Positions 43,364 through 52,024 of a DNA stretch of 64,000 nucleotides are shown here, one piece after another; positions within the stretch are counted from its first letter, which is position 1, and the number at the start of each line of letters is the position of its first letter. The position numbers and the translations under genes were made by a program. This DNA is from an uncultured bacterium. GTDB taxonomy: Bacteria; Patescibacteriota; Minisyncoccia; UBA6257; 2-01-FULL-56-20. The stretch spans positions 186,902 through 250,901 of the forward strand of contig CAVRXN010000002.1 of NCBI GenBank assembly GCA_963725235.1. The letters run 5' to 3'. The notes below the pieces were generated by a model. The model ran no database searches. It saw only the letters and a program-made list of their open reading frames with translations, and had not been told where the DNA came from.

Positions 43364-44167
43364 CTACGCAAGAGGTGACAGGCCAGCGTTCCTGAGGCAT
43401 TCGAGCCGCTTGCTACGCCACCGGGGGTGAACGTCTTCGGGAAGTGCATCTCGCATGGCAGCGAGCCAAAGATCTTCGAATGCATTCTTGAAAAATCGAT
43501 AACCAGCCCCGTTATCCTCCACGCCCATGATAAGCGCCGGGCGGTGGTCGGTCGATCCACACTCGTGAAAGCATGCCCCGGTTCGGTTGAAGGGGAGCAA
43601 CTCTACTTTTAAATATCGGTCGTTGCAGATTGCTTGCATTGTCGGAACCGAGGTGTAGCGGTACACCTCAACGTAATCCTTTGCGTCCTGGACCTCCCTC
43701 CACCCCGACCAGGCGCTCTCTACGTTCGCTCGCACGCGTGCAGGTTTCTCGGCCGCGTTATCCGCCCAATTTGCCAGAGCCTCTTCCGAGGGCGGCCACC
43801 AGGTCAACACGCGAAAGTGTTTCGTCTGGACTACACCTTCATCGAACCACGATCTGATACGGTCGAGAGTATGGCATGAGCTTATGCTTGCGAAGAGGAC
43901 ACTGCTTGATTCTTCCTGCAAAATGGTTTCAAGCCAATCGCCTTTGCGATTCGCAAGGCTGAGCTGCACCTGGACGTTTTCTTCCGTCGGTCGGTTGAGC
44001 ACGATTAAGCGGTAGCCATCCTCCTCGGTGACAATTTCGAAGGTGACCCCCTCACCGGGATAATAGTTGTGGTAGGAAGGAATCTTCAATCGAATATCCT
44101 GAATTACACTGCGGACATTATTCTTACTCTTCTCGCCGTAGTTATCTCCCATTGGCAGTTCAAGCAT
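43364..44167 (-). CDS. Hypothetical protein with an OmpR/PhoB-type winged-helix-like N-terminal segment and an uncharacterised C-terminal domain
   Basis: NNVRSVIQDIRLKI...FEIVTEEDGYRLIV resembles the Trans_reg_C pattern (..I..LR.KI....I.TVRG.GY.L). The remaining ~190 aa are unassigned. Confidence 0.45.
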   Translation of the reverse strand: MLELPMGDNYGEKSKNNVRSVIQDIRLKIPSYHNYYPGEGVTFEIVTEEDGYRLIVLNRPTEENVQVQLSLANRKGDWLETILQEESSSVLFASISSCHTLDRIRSWFDEGVVQTKHFRVLTWWPPSEEALANWADNAAEKPARVRANVESAWSGWREVQDAKDYVEVYRYTSVPTMQAICNDRYLKVELLPFNRTGACFHECGSTDHRPALIMGVEDNGAGYRFFKNAFEDLWLAAMRDALPEDVHPRWRSKRLECLRNAGLSPLA

Positions 44168-44169
44168 TT

Positions 44170-44852
44170 TTGCTAGGTCGGACGACGACGGGTATTACGC
44201 TGAGGAGATCAACCAATTAAAGGAGCGATACGGTAGCCTCCGGAACATTTTGGCCCAAGCTCGTCCTGAGGATTTCCCAGCGAGATCAAGACGGCGCAGA
44301 GTCTGCGAGCGCATTGAGGAACTGCGAGGGTTTTTGGCGGTGCGTGCTCAGAATCCTGATCCCGCTACCTTGCTCGACGAATTGTTTCCACGCGAGAACG
44401 AAGGCACTAGGGCGATGCGGCTGATTTTTGACGGATTGTTCGAAGACGACGATACCCCAGCGTCGTTGTACGGCAAATATATCGATTATGCGAGATCTGT
44501 GCCGCAAGCCGCGAATACGGTAAGGATCATGAGCCTCATGGCATCCAAAGGTCTCCAAGCCGAGCACGTGTATATCATGGGATGCAATAGTGGCAATATC
44601 CCCGGCGCGAATAGATCGGTTCACTTAACGGATGCCGAGCATCGGCAAGAACAGCTTCGTTTTCTGTATGTTGGCTTCACGCGTGCGACGCGGTCCCTTA
44701 CGGTCAGTTGGGCACGAGAAATCCCCTTCAGCCAAGCGATGGGCCAACACACTCCCGGTGTGCGAACCCTTCGAAGGCGCGGTCAGCAACCAACGTCCGA
44801 GGTTGGAATATCCGAGCTTCTCCAGGCTCTCAACGTCGATTGGGAGACATAA
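44170..44852 (+). pseudogene. UvrD/Rep/PcrA-type superfamily-1 helicase, C-terminal fragment only
   Basis: VRIMSLMASKGLQAEHVYIMG (motif V/VI region, compare TiH.sKGLEf..V) and EQLRFLYVGFTRATRSLTVSW (RLlYVa.TRA motif). The N-terminal ATPase motifs are absent. Confidence 0.65.
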
Positions 44853-44988
44853 TTATAAGATCACTCCTGGTTCAACTTTCGCCAGCGGAGTCTATTTCGA
44901 TGACTATTATCGAACCGGCTTTCTCGGGGTCGCTCCGGCTCATCATCGCCGTTCATGATCTCCCAGAATGCTTGTATTTCAAGGATGG

Positions 44989-45020
44989 CGCGGTTCAACT
45001 CTTCGCTAGCGAGGGACACA
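44989..45020 (+). repeat. Candidate degenerate copy of the tRNA-Arg(CCT) 3' end (possible right-hand att remnant of the island)
   Basis: CGCGGTTCAACTCTTCGCTAGCGAGGGACACA versus tRNA CGAGGTTCAATTCCTCGC-GGGGACACCA. That is 14/17 matches, a ~5-nt insertion, then 8/10 matches. Could be chance. Confidence 0.3.
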
Positions 45021-45047
45021 TGCCAGGCACCAAAATTTTCGTTTCCG

Positions 45048-45056
45048 TGGTATAAT
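45048..45056 (+). promoter_or_regulatory. Extended -10 element TGGTATAAT, 7 nt upstream of the ABC ATPase ATG
   Basis: TGnTATAAT at 45048-45056; ATG at 45064. Confidence 0.5.
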
Positions 45057-45063
45057 CTCCCAT

Positions 45064-45807
45064 ATGGTCGAGTTTTCCCATTTAACGAAGCTCTATAAAA
45101 AACGCAAGGCGGCGGTGGATGATTTTTCGTTGACGGTTGGTGTGCCGATTTTTGGTTTTCTCGGACAGAACGGTGCGGGAAAAACGACGATAATGAAAAT
45201 GATTGTCGGTCTACTCGAACCAACAGAGGGGACGATTATGATCGACGGTGTGCCATCGACGGCGCTCGCTGCAAAAAAGAAAATGGGCTATATGCCTGAG
45301 ACACCATATTTTTACGAACGTATGAAGGGGATTGAGTTTCTAAAATTCTGCGATGAACTTGACGGGCGAGCAGCGGCCGGCGGCCATGGCACTGCGCACC
45401 GCACGGCGCATTATGAAAAACTCCTTAAACGCGTCGGCATTTTCGATGCACGCAATTTTGAGATCCGGACATATTCGAAGGGCATGCGCCAGCGGCTCGG
45501 CTTCGCGCAGGCGCTCGTAAACGACCCTGAATATTTATTTCTCGACGAACCGCTCGACGGACTCGATCCGATTGGCCGGCGCGAGATGAAAGAGGTGATG
45601 CTCGGGTTACGCGCAGAAAACCGGCGCATTTTTCTCAACACACACATCCTCGCCGACGTCGAAGAAATTTGCGATGAGGTCGGCATCATCCATGCCGGAA
45701 AATTGCTCTATGCCGGCAGCGTGCAAAAGTTCTGCAATGGCAAACCGCTCGAGGAGCGTTTTATGGAAACCGTCGGGCAACATGAAAAAAACATTAAACT
45801 TTCATGA
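45064..45807 (+). CDS. ABC transporter ATP-binding protein (ABC-2 subfamily style)
   Basis: Walker A GQNGAGKTT, signature YSKGMRQR, Walker B LFLDEPLDGLD, H-loop NTHIL. Confidence 0.9.
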   Translation: MVEFSHLTKLYKKRKAAVDDFSLTVGVPIFGFLGQNGAGKTTIMKMIVGLLEPTEGTIMIDGVPSTALAAKKKMGYMPETPYFYERMKGIEFLKFCDELDGRAAAGGHGTAHRTAHYEKLLKRVGIFDARNFEIRTYSKGMRQRLGFAQALVNDPEYLFLDEPLDGLDPIGRREMKEVMLGLRAENRRIFLNTHILADVEEICDEVGIIHAGKLLYAGSVQKFCNGKPLEERFMETVGQHEKNIKLS

Positions 45808-46586
45808 ACAATATCCTCACCATCGCGAAAAATACCTTCACGCTCGAGGTCCGCGACCGCATCATCATCGGTATCCTGATCTTCGCGCTCGGCTATCTTT
45901 TGATAACGCTTTTCCTCGCGGACCTGGTACTGAAAGAGCTCCCAATGGTGAAAAGTTTCGGCCTGACCGGCATATATTTTTTCAACGCGATAACGGCGCT
46001 CTTCCTCGGCACAACCTCATTCTTTAAAGATGTTGACCGTAAAGTGGTGTATTTCATCCTTTCTAAACCAGTTTCACGTGCACAGTTCCTGCTCGGCAAA
46101 TTCTTTGGCCTCTGCGCGGTCCTGTTGCTGACGAGCGCGATCCTCGGCGTCGTGTATCTCGGCGTCGTCGCATATGAAAGTGCGGCAGGCGGAACCGGCG
46201 CGATAATCGACTGGCTCGGCCTGCTCGCGATCGCAATGCAGTTTCTCGAGATGGGACTCTTCCTCGCGTTCGCGATTTTCGTTTCAACGTTCTCCAGCTC
46301 ACTGCTCTCGATCGTCTACACGTCGGCAATATTCTTCATGGGCCATATCGTGAGCTCGCTCGTAACCGACGCGCAGGCGGTCGGCCTCGGCGGCATAAAA
46401 TTATTCCTCGTAAAAGTACTCTATTATATATTCCCGAACCTCGAAAAATTCGACATACGAAGTATAGCCATCTATAACGTCAGCGAACCGTTTTCGATGT
46501 TCGCGCTCGCGCTCGTTTACGCCGTCGTCTACGTCGTCTTACTTTTGTCCGCTGCGGTTTGGATATTCGACAAGAAAGAAATTTAA
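45804..46586 (+). CDS. ABC-2 type transporter permease
   Basis: 260-aa, six-TM-type hydrophobic protein. ATGA overlap with the ATPase gene. Confidence 0.75.
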   Translation: MNNILTIAKNTFTLEVRDRIIIGILIFALGYLLITLFLADLVLKELPMVKSFGLTGIYFFNAITALFLGTTSFFKDVDRKVVYFILSKPVSRAQFLLGKFFGLCAVLLLTSAILGVVYLGVVAYESAAGGTGAIIDWLGLLAIAMQFLEMGLFLAFAIFVSTFSSSLLSIVYTSAIFFMGHIVSSLVTDAQAVGLGGIKLFLVKVLYYIFPNLEKFDIRSIAIYNVSEPFSMFALALVYAVVYVVLLLSAAVWIFDKKEI

Positions 46587-46596
46587 TGCATTTTTA

Positions 46597-47454
46597 ATGC
46601 GCACGTTACATCTCAATCGCTCGCTCAGATTTCTCTCCGTCGTCGCGTTGCTGGCTACAATCGCCGGAACACAGTTTTTATACGATGCCGTCAGCGTTCC
46701 GCCGCCTGCCGGTGAAGGTGCCGGCTTGTCGCCGGAAGTCGTCCGCATGCTCGACATGGGCTTCCATTCAACCGTCGCGTCATTCCTCTGGGTCGCGACG
46801 ATGCCTGACATTCTCGATCTGTTCCGAGACAAAACCGAATATCTCGGGCAAGTCGCATACCTAAACCAAGTCGATCCGCGCCTCAGCTATCCGTACGCGT
46901 TCTCCGTCATAACGCTGCCAGCCGTGCCGACATCGACGGGCTATACGACGGGCTTGCAAGATGCGCAGGCGATCGGCTTGCGTGGCATCGCGAATGCAAA
47001 TCCTGATTGGCGTATTCCGTATTACATGGCGTTTAATTATTATCTCGAGCTGAACGATGTAAAAGATGCGGCAATCTATTTCGATAAGGCGGCGCAAACG
47101 CCCGGCGTTCCGTATTACGCACAGCGGTTCGCGGAAAATTTCGGCGGTCAGGAAAGCCAGCGTGACACGACGATCGATCTTTGGACGACAATCCGCGATT
47201 CGACGAATGATCCCGATACGAAAGCGCGTGCGCAGGCATACATTGACCACTTCGAACTTTGGGATTATCTCCAATCCGCCGCCGACCAATACAAAAAGCA
47301 GTACGACACGGAGCCGACTGCTTTAGGTGATCTCATTACGAAAGGGATCATTCCTGGAATTCCGGAGGATCCATTCGGTTATCTCTTCGAGATCGACAGT
47401 GGAACGGTTGAGTTGAATCTTACGGCGACGTCATCGTTGTCGACGACACCGTAG
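46597..47454 (+). CDS. N-terminally anchored protein of unknown function (helical-repeat/TPR-like)
   Basis: TM anchor FLSVVALLATIAG. Segments such as YYMAFNYYLELNDVKDAAIYFDKAAQ resemble TPR-like helices. Confidence 0.5.
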   Translation: MRTLHLNRSLRFLSVVALLATIAGTQFLYDAVSVPPPAGEGAGLSPEVVRMLDMGFHSTVASFLWVATMPDILDLFRDKTEYLGQVAYLNQVDPRLSYPYAFSVITLPAVPTSTGYTTGLQDAQAIGLRGIANANPDWRIPYYMAFNYYLELNDVKDAAIYFDKAAQTPGVPYYAQRFAENFGGQESQRDTTIDLWTTIRDSTNDPDTKARAQAYIDHFELWDYLQSAADQYKKQYDTEPTALGDLITKGIIPGIPEDPFGYLFEIDSGTVELNLTATSSLSTTP

Positions 47455-48268
47455 TCGTTGATCCATTCGCCGCGTTGAGCGCATTGAACTGGGCGATCAG
47501 CTGCGAGATAAGTGTTTCAATTTGAACGATCTCGGCTTGCAAACCAGCCATACTAGTTGTGGTTTCGGCAGTCGTGCTTTTGCTCGTGCCGTTACCCGTT
47601 ACGGTCGTAACACTCGTGATGGTCCCGATGCCGACGACCGGCTTCGAAGTGTCGCGGACAATCTGCGCTTGGATCATATCCGCGCCATCGAAATAGCCAA
47701 AGACATTGATCGTGTCACCCGGCGTGATGTTCCCAAGTGCGGCACTCGTACGATCATTCAGCAGGAGCTGCGTCGCATTCGTCACATTTATTTGGAACGT
47801 GCTTGATGCCGTCGATGGTATCGGGCAATCGATCGCGGTTCCCGTGTCGGCAAATTCAGTCGCATACGAAACGCAGGAAACTGTACCCGATGCCATTGCG
47901 TCGATCGTCGTTGGCAACATAACCGAGCCAATGCTATTTACCACCAGGCCGTTGAACTGGATGAAACCAGCCGCCGGATTCACGCTGGCCGGCGGCGTTA
48001 TCGTCGTTGTTACGACGATCGTCGGCGATGGCAACGAGGAAGATGACGTGCTCGATGTCGAAGAGGTAGCGGCTATCGTATTCATGCTGGTCGCTGTTGC
48101 CGCCATTGCCGGCGTAGTCGTGCCCACGACTGAAGTCGAGGCTGTCGTTGTTGTTGCGCCGTACGTGAAGAGCTGCGCGTTTGCGAACGGCACCGCCAGG
48201 ATTCCCGCCGCGAGCATTCCGGTTGCGGCGAGCGCCACCGCGGCCGCTGCTATTCTTTTCATGTTCAT
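47420..48268 (-). CDS. Secreted Thr/Ser-rich protein of unknown function
   Basis: Signal peptide MNMKRIAAAAVALAATGMLAAGILAVPFANA. Long T/S-rich tracts. Confidence 0.55.
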   Translation of the reverse strand: MNMKRIAAAAVALAATGMLAAGILAVPFANAQLFTYGATTTTASTSVVGTTTPAMAATATSMNTIAATSSTSSTSSSSLPSPTIVVTTTITPPASVNPAAGFIQFNGLVVNSIGSVMLPTTIDAMASGTVSCVSYATEFADTGTAIDCPIPSTASSTFQINVTNATQLLLNDRTSAALGNITPGDTINVFGYFDGADMIQAQIVRDTSKPVVGIGTITSVTTVTGNGTSKSTTAETTTSMAGLQAEIVQIETLISQLIAQFNALNAANGSTTTVSSTTMTSP

Positions 48269-48442
48269 GGTTTTTCATTAAATTTTAATTTTTATAATTT
48301 ATGACCTTTGTGGTGCGAGCAGGCGATCATTGCAATGTGTGGCGTCCCGGCGCCACCTGCGTCGCCGGTAGCCACAGTTATTGCTACGGGGTGGGGTGGG
48401 GAATTATTACAAAGAGCTGAAATATGCTACACTCTCCTTCAT

Positions 48443-49465
48443 ATGAAGCTCTCTCTCGGCATCGTCGGCCTCCCGAACGTCGGCAAGTCGACGCTGTTTA
48501 AAATTCTCACCAAACAGGATATCACGATCGCGAATTATCCCTTTGCGACGATCGATCCGAACGTCGGCGTCGTCGCGGTTCCGGATGAGCGAGTCGACAA
48601 ACTCGCGGCGCTTTCGAAGTCCCGCAAAAAAATTCCCGCAGTTGTCGAATTCTACGACATCGCTGGTTTGGTCAAAGGCGCGAACAAAGGTGAAGGCCTC
48701 GGCAACCAATTTTTAGCGCATATCCGTGAAACACAGGCGATCGTTTTGGTATTGCGAATTTTTCCCGCACCCGAAATCATCCACGTCGAAAATTCCGTCG
48801 ACGCCGCGCGCGACCTCGATATCATCATGAGTGAGTTGATGCTGAAGGATTTGGACGCGGTTGAGAAGCGGCTCGCGCGCGCCGAAGCGGAAGCGCGGAC
48901 AGGCATTAAAACAGCGATCGGTGAGCGCGACGAATTAACCCGTATTAAAAATTTATTAAATGCCGGCCAGCCGGCGGATGCTGTCGCAGCAGACAAAAAT
49001 TTGAGCGATTTAAATTTATTGACGGCGAAGCGCCGGATATTTTTGTTGAACGGCGTCGAAAGCGATATCCCAGCGGGGCTGATCGAAAAATTGAAAGCGC
49101 TCGGCGGGGAATATATTACGATCGATTTAAGCCAAGCTGAAGACGCCAGCGCCGGCGGCGAAAGCGCATCCGTCGCCGCGCTAATCAAAAAAGCGTACGA
49201 CGTGCTCGGCCTCGCGAGCTTCTTCACGACGGGCGAAGATGAAACGCGCGCGTGGACCATCGAACGCGGCACGCTCGCCCCGCAAGCCGCCGGCGTCATC
49301 CACACCGATTTCGAAAAAAAGTTCATCCGCCTCGAAGTCGTCGCAGCCGACAAACTGCTCGAAGCCGGCGGCTGGGCCGCAGCGAAACAAAAGGGCTGGG
49401 TGCGCGTCGAAGGGAAGGAGTATGAGGTCAAAGATGGGGACGTGATGGTCGTGCGGCATGGGTAA
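48443..49465 (+). CDS. ychF: Ribosome-binding ATPase YchF (Obg-like)
   Basis: MKLSLGIVGLPNVGKSTLF (G1), DIAGLVKGA (G3), C-terminal TGS-like WTIERGTLAPQAAGVIHTDFEKKFIR. The longer ORF from 48308 is rejected. Confidence 0.9.
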   Translation: MKLSLGIVGLPNVGKSTLFKILTKQDITIANYPFATIDPNVGVVAVPDERVDKLAALSKSRKKIPAVVEFYDIAGLVKGANKGEGLGNQFLAHIRETQAIVLVLRIFPAPEIIHVENSVDAARDLDIIMSELMLKDLDAVEKRLARAEAEARTGIKTAIGERDELTRIKNLLNAGQPADAVAADKNLSDLNLLTAKRRIFLLNGVESDIPAGLIEKLKALGGEYITIDLSQAEDASAGGESASVAALIKKAYDVLGLASFFTTGEDETRAWTIERGTLAPQAAGVIHTDFEKKFIRLEVVAADKLLEAGGWAAAKQKGWVRVEGKEYEVKDGDVMVVRHG

Positions 49466-49520
49466 AGGCGACTGAAACATATTTTGTCCGGCGGTATAGT
49501 CGGGTGGTATACTGGAGGCA

Positions 49521-50537
49521 ATGAAATTCCCTCGCTCGAAAAAGCTTATTTTCGTGAATAATAAAGGCGGCGTCGGCAAGACGACTCTGGCTTTTAATTG
49601 TGCGGTTTCGTTCGCGGAACAGGGCTATAAGACGGCACTTATTGATCTTGATCCGCAGTGTAACCTGACGCGTCTCGCGATGGGAGAAACCTTTTACCTG
49701 AAAAATCTTTTTTCCGGCAGCGAGAAAACGGTCTACGATGTTTTGCGCGGCGTGATTGAAGGCGGGAGCGATGTCGATTTGGGCGTTGCCTTTTTGCCAG
49801 TTCAGGCGAACAAAAACTTGTCCCTCCTAAAAGGCGATATCCGCTTGTCGCTCTACGAAAATATTTTAACAACCGCATACGGTTCGGCAGCTGCAGGCCA
49901 ACCACTCGGTTATTTCCAGACGAGTGCTATCGATCGGTTTTTGCGCGAGAAGGGGTTAAGCGAGCAAATCGATATTTTTGTCATTGATACTTCGCCGAGC
50001 TTGGGCTTGTTGAATCAGATGATTTTTCTCGGCGCGGATTATTTCGTCGTGCCGATGATGCCGGATGCGTTTAGCGTACAGGGGATTGAGAACTTAGGGA
50101 TCATCTACGAGCAATGGAAAACCCAGTGGCGCAACACGGCGAAAGCGTTATCCGGAAATACGGAAACCCGGCTTGTGTTGGGGGGTGATCCGCTGTTTAT
50201 CGGTTACATCGTCAATTCGTATAACGTGTACGGCAAGCAGCCGATCGCCGACCATCGCGCGTGGATGGAGCGCATCCCTGATCGCGTGCGCCAATATCTT
50301 TCGGAAAAACATGGCCGTAATGGCCTTGTCCGACAAAGCTGGGAAACGCCATTGCAGATCGTACAAGATTACGGACGCATTCCTTCAAAATGCCAGGAGT
50401 TGGGCGTTGCGATTTTCGATCTCGATCCATCGCTTGTCGCCGACAACCAGCAGGGGACGAAAGATAATATTGAAAAGGCACGTGAAGAATTCACGCATCT
50501 TTCGGGAGCGATTTTGAAGACGCTTGCGGCGTATTGA
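49521..50537 (+). CDS. ParA/MinD-family P-loop ATPase, unusually long (338 aa), no adjacent parB
   Basis: Deviant Walker A NNKGGVGKTT, LIDLDPQCNLT, VIDTSPSLG. Confidence 0.75.
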   Translation: MKFPRSKKLIFVNNKGGVGKTTLAFNCAVSFAEQGYKTALIDLDPQCNLTRLAMGETFYLKNLFSGSEKTVYDVLRGVIEGGSDVDLGVAFLPVQANKNLSLLKGDIRLSLYENILTTAYGSAAAGQPLGYFQTSAIDRFLREKGLSEQIDIFVIDTSPSLGLLNQMIFLGADYFVVPMMPDAFSVQGIENLGIIYEQWKTQWRNTAKALSGNTETRLVLGGDPLFIGYIVNSYNVYGKQPIADHRAWMERIPDRVRQYLSEKHGRNGLVRQSWETPLQIVQDYGRIPSKCQELGVAIFDLDPSLVADNQQGTKDNIEKAREEFTHLSGAILKTLAAY

Positions 50538-50578
50538 GCGTGCCGTGCAGCCGCTTATAAAAATTTTGAAACAAAAAA

Positions 50579-50603
50579 CGGCGCGGAGGGTAAGTCCGCG
50601 CCG
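50579..50603 (-). terminator. Rho-independent terminator for the minus-strand PRTase gene
   Basis: Minus strand: CGGCGCGGA-CTTACCC-TCCGCGCCG followed by TTTTTTGTTT. Confidence 0.65.
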
Positions 50604-50624
50604 GGGAGAAGGTAAAAATGAGCG

Positions 50625-51407
50625 TTAAGTTTTGCCGGTCAGCTCCGCCCAGTTCTGTTTCGGTCGGAGTCGTTGCGATCCTGCCTTACAGAGCGGGCAG
50701 TCTTTCGGATCCCAAACGAAGATATCGTAATGCGCCAGATAAACAACGGGCGCACCCTCGATCTCGTAAACATCGGAGCGATGGACGAGAACTCCGACCA
50801 CAGGAGCGAACGCAACCGGATTAGGATTGCCCGTTCGAATTCCTTCGCGTACTGCCAAGAGTGTTCCTGCCGTGGCCATCAGTTCCTCAACTTGGAGAAC
50901 AGATTCGCCTGGATGAATAGCGAAGCGTTTCCAGCCCTGCTGCTTCCCATCTGGGCCACCCTTCTCGGTGAAGTCATGTTTACAGCCGAGCCACCGAGCA
51001 ACGTCATGAGAGAAATCTGCGCTCGCATGATCAGAGCCGACGACCCACCCGATTTCACGATATAGAGCCGTGAGCGCATCTTCGCTGTTCTCGATTTTGT
51101 CGAGTTCGGCCTCGATGGCATGGGTCATATGGTATGCAAGGATGTCGCAGACATTCGTATAGCGCAAAGCGCGAAGAACATCCACGAATCCATTGCTGCG
51201 TTCGCCCCCAGTGAGTTCAGCGTGTGGATCTTTCGGATCGCCGGAATGAAGCCACAACGCCTCACATAACTTCAGGATGTGGGTCACTCCTTCTTGTGTT
51301 AGAGTGTCATGCGTTTGGGCGAGCCAAGTTGTTGCGACGCTGCCCATAAATCGATTCAACTCAGCGAGAGTTGGGATCGAGAGAATGCGATCTTCAGTTG
51401 CTGTCAT
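50625..51407 (-). CDS. Phosphoribosyltransferase, PyrE-like (orotate PRTase-like subfamily)
   Basis: HAELTGGERSNGF resembles the H(F/A).L.SG.HS..Y motif of PyrE-like PRTases. PRPP-binding-type loop VLQVEELMATAGT. C-terminal CPLC. Confidence 0.55.
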   Translation of the reverse strand: MTATEDRILSIPTLAELNRFMGSVATTWLAQTHDTLTQEGVTHILKLCEALWLHSGDPKDPHAELTGGERSNGFVDVLRALRYTNVCDILAYHMTHAIEAELDKIENSEDALTALYREIGWVVGSDHASADFSHDVARWLGCKHDFTEKGGPDGKQQGWKRFAIHPGESVLQVEELMATAGTLLAVREGIRTGNPNPVAFAPVVGVLVHRSDVYEIEGAPVVYLAHYDIFVWDPKDCPLCKAGSQRLRPKQNWAELTGKT

Positions 51408-51478
51408 TATGACCTGTCTTTCTTTGTAAATTATACCGCTGTCGCCACTATATCCCGCTGGCGTGTTAAAATCAATAC

Positions 51479-52024
51479 ATGCATGAATATGTGACCAAGG
51501 CAGTGGTGCTCGACAAACAGACGCGCGGCGGCGAGGCGGATGCGCGGTATTCCTTTTTCACGGAGCGGTATGGAAAAATCCGTGCAAAAGCGACGAGCTC
51601 GCGCAAGATCGTGTCGAAACTCGCCGGCCATCTCGAGCCGGGAACGCTCGCGGCGGTCAGAATCATAGAGCAGCATGGGACGAAGGTTGTTGACGCGCTG
51701 AAAGTTACACACGTGGGAATACCGATGCGCAGCTTGGCGGCGCTGAACGAACTGTTAGGGGAGTGGGAGCCGGATCGAGAGCTTTGGGATCTATTGAGTC
51801 GTTCGGCGCCCAGTAGGTCATCGTTCTCCTGGGCAAACGCACTCGCGATCCTCGGCTGGGATCCAGAGGGCGCGGTCTGCGCAAACTGCAACGGGACGAA
51901 AGGCCGCGAGGCCCGCTATTTCTCCATCCCGCGCCAGGAATTTTTCTGCACTGGATGCGCCACGCAATTCGCCGCCGCTTCCCGGTATTCTAAAAGCATC
52001 CAGAATCATTTAATATTAGTTTAA
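51479..52024 (+). CDS. recO: DNA repair protein RecO (short form)
   Basis: N-terminal OB-fold pattern AVVLDKQTRGGEADARYSFFTERYGKIRAKA and a C-terminal zinc motif CANC..C.GC. TGTTAAAAT lies 6 nt upstream of the ATG. Confidence 0.7.
   Translation: MHEYVTKAVVLDKQTRGGEADARYSFFTERYGKIRAKATSSRKIVSKLAGHLEPGTLAAVRIIEQHGTKVVDALKVTHVGIPMRSLAALNELLGEWEPDRELWDLLSRSAPSRSSFSWANALAILGWDPEGAVCANCNGTKGREARYFSIPRQEFFCTGCATQFAAASRYSKSIQNHLILV

Noticed and set aside
48388-48401. GGGGTGGGGTGGGG as a G-quadruplex motif
   Set aside because: Only three G-tracts are present and a fourth is lacking nearby, so a canonical intramolecular quadruplex is not supported.
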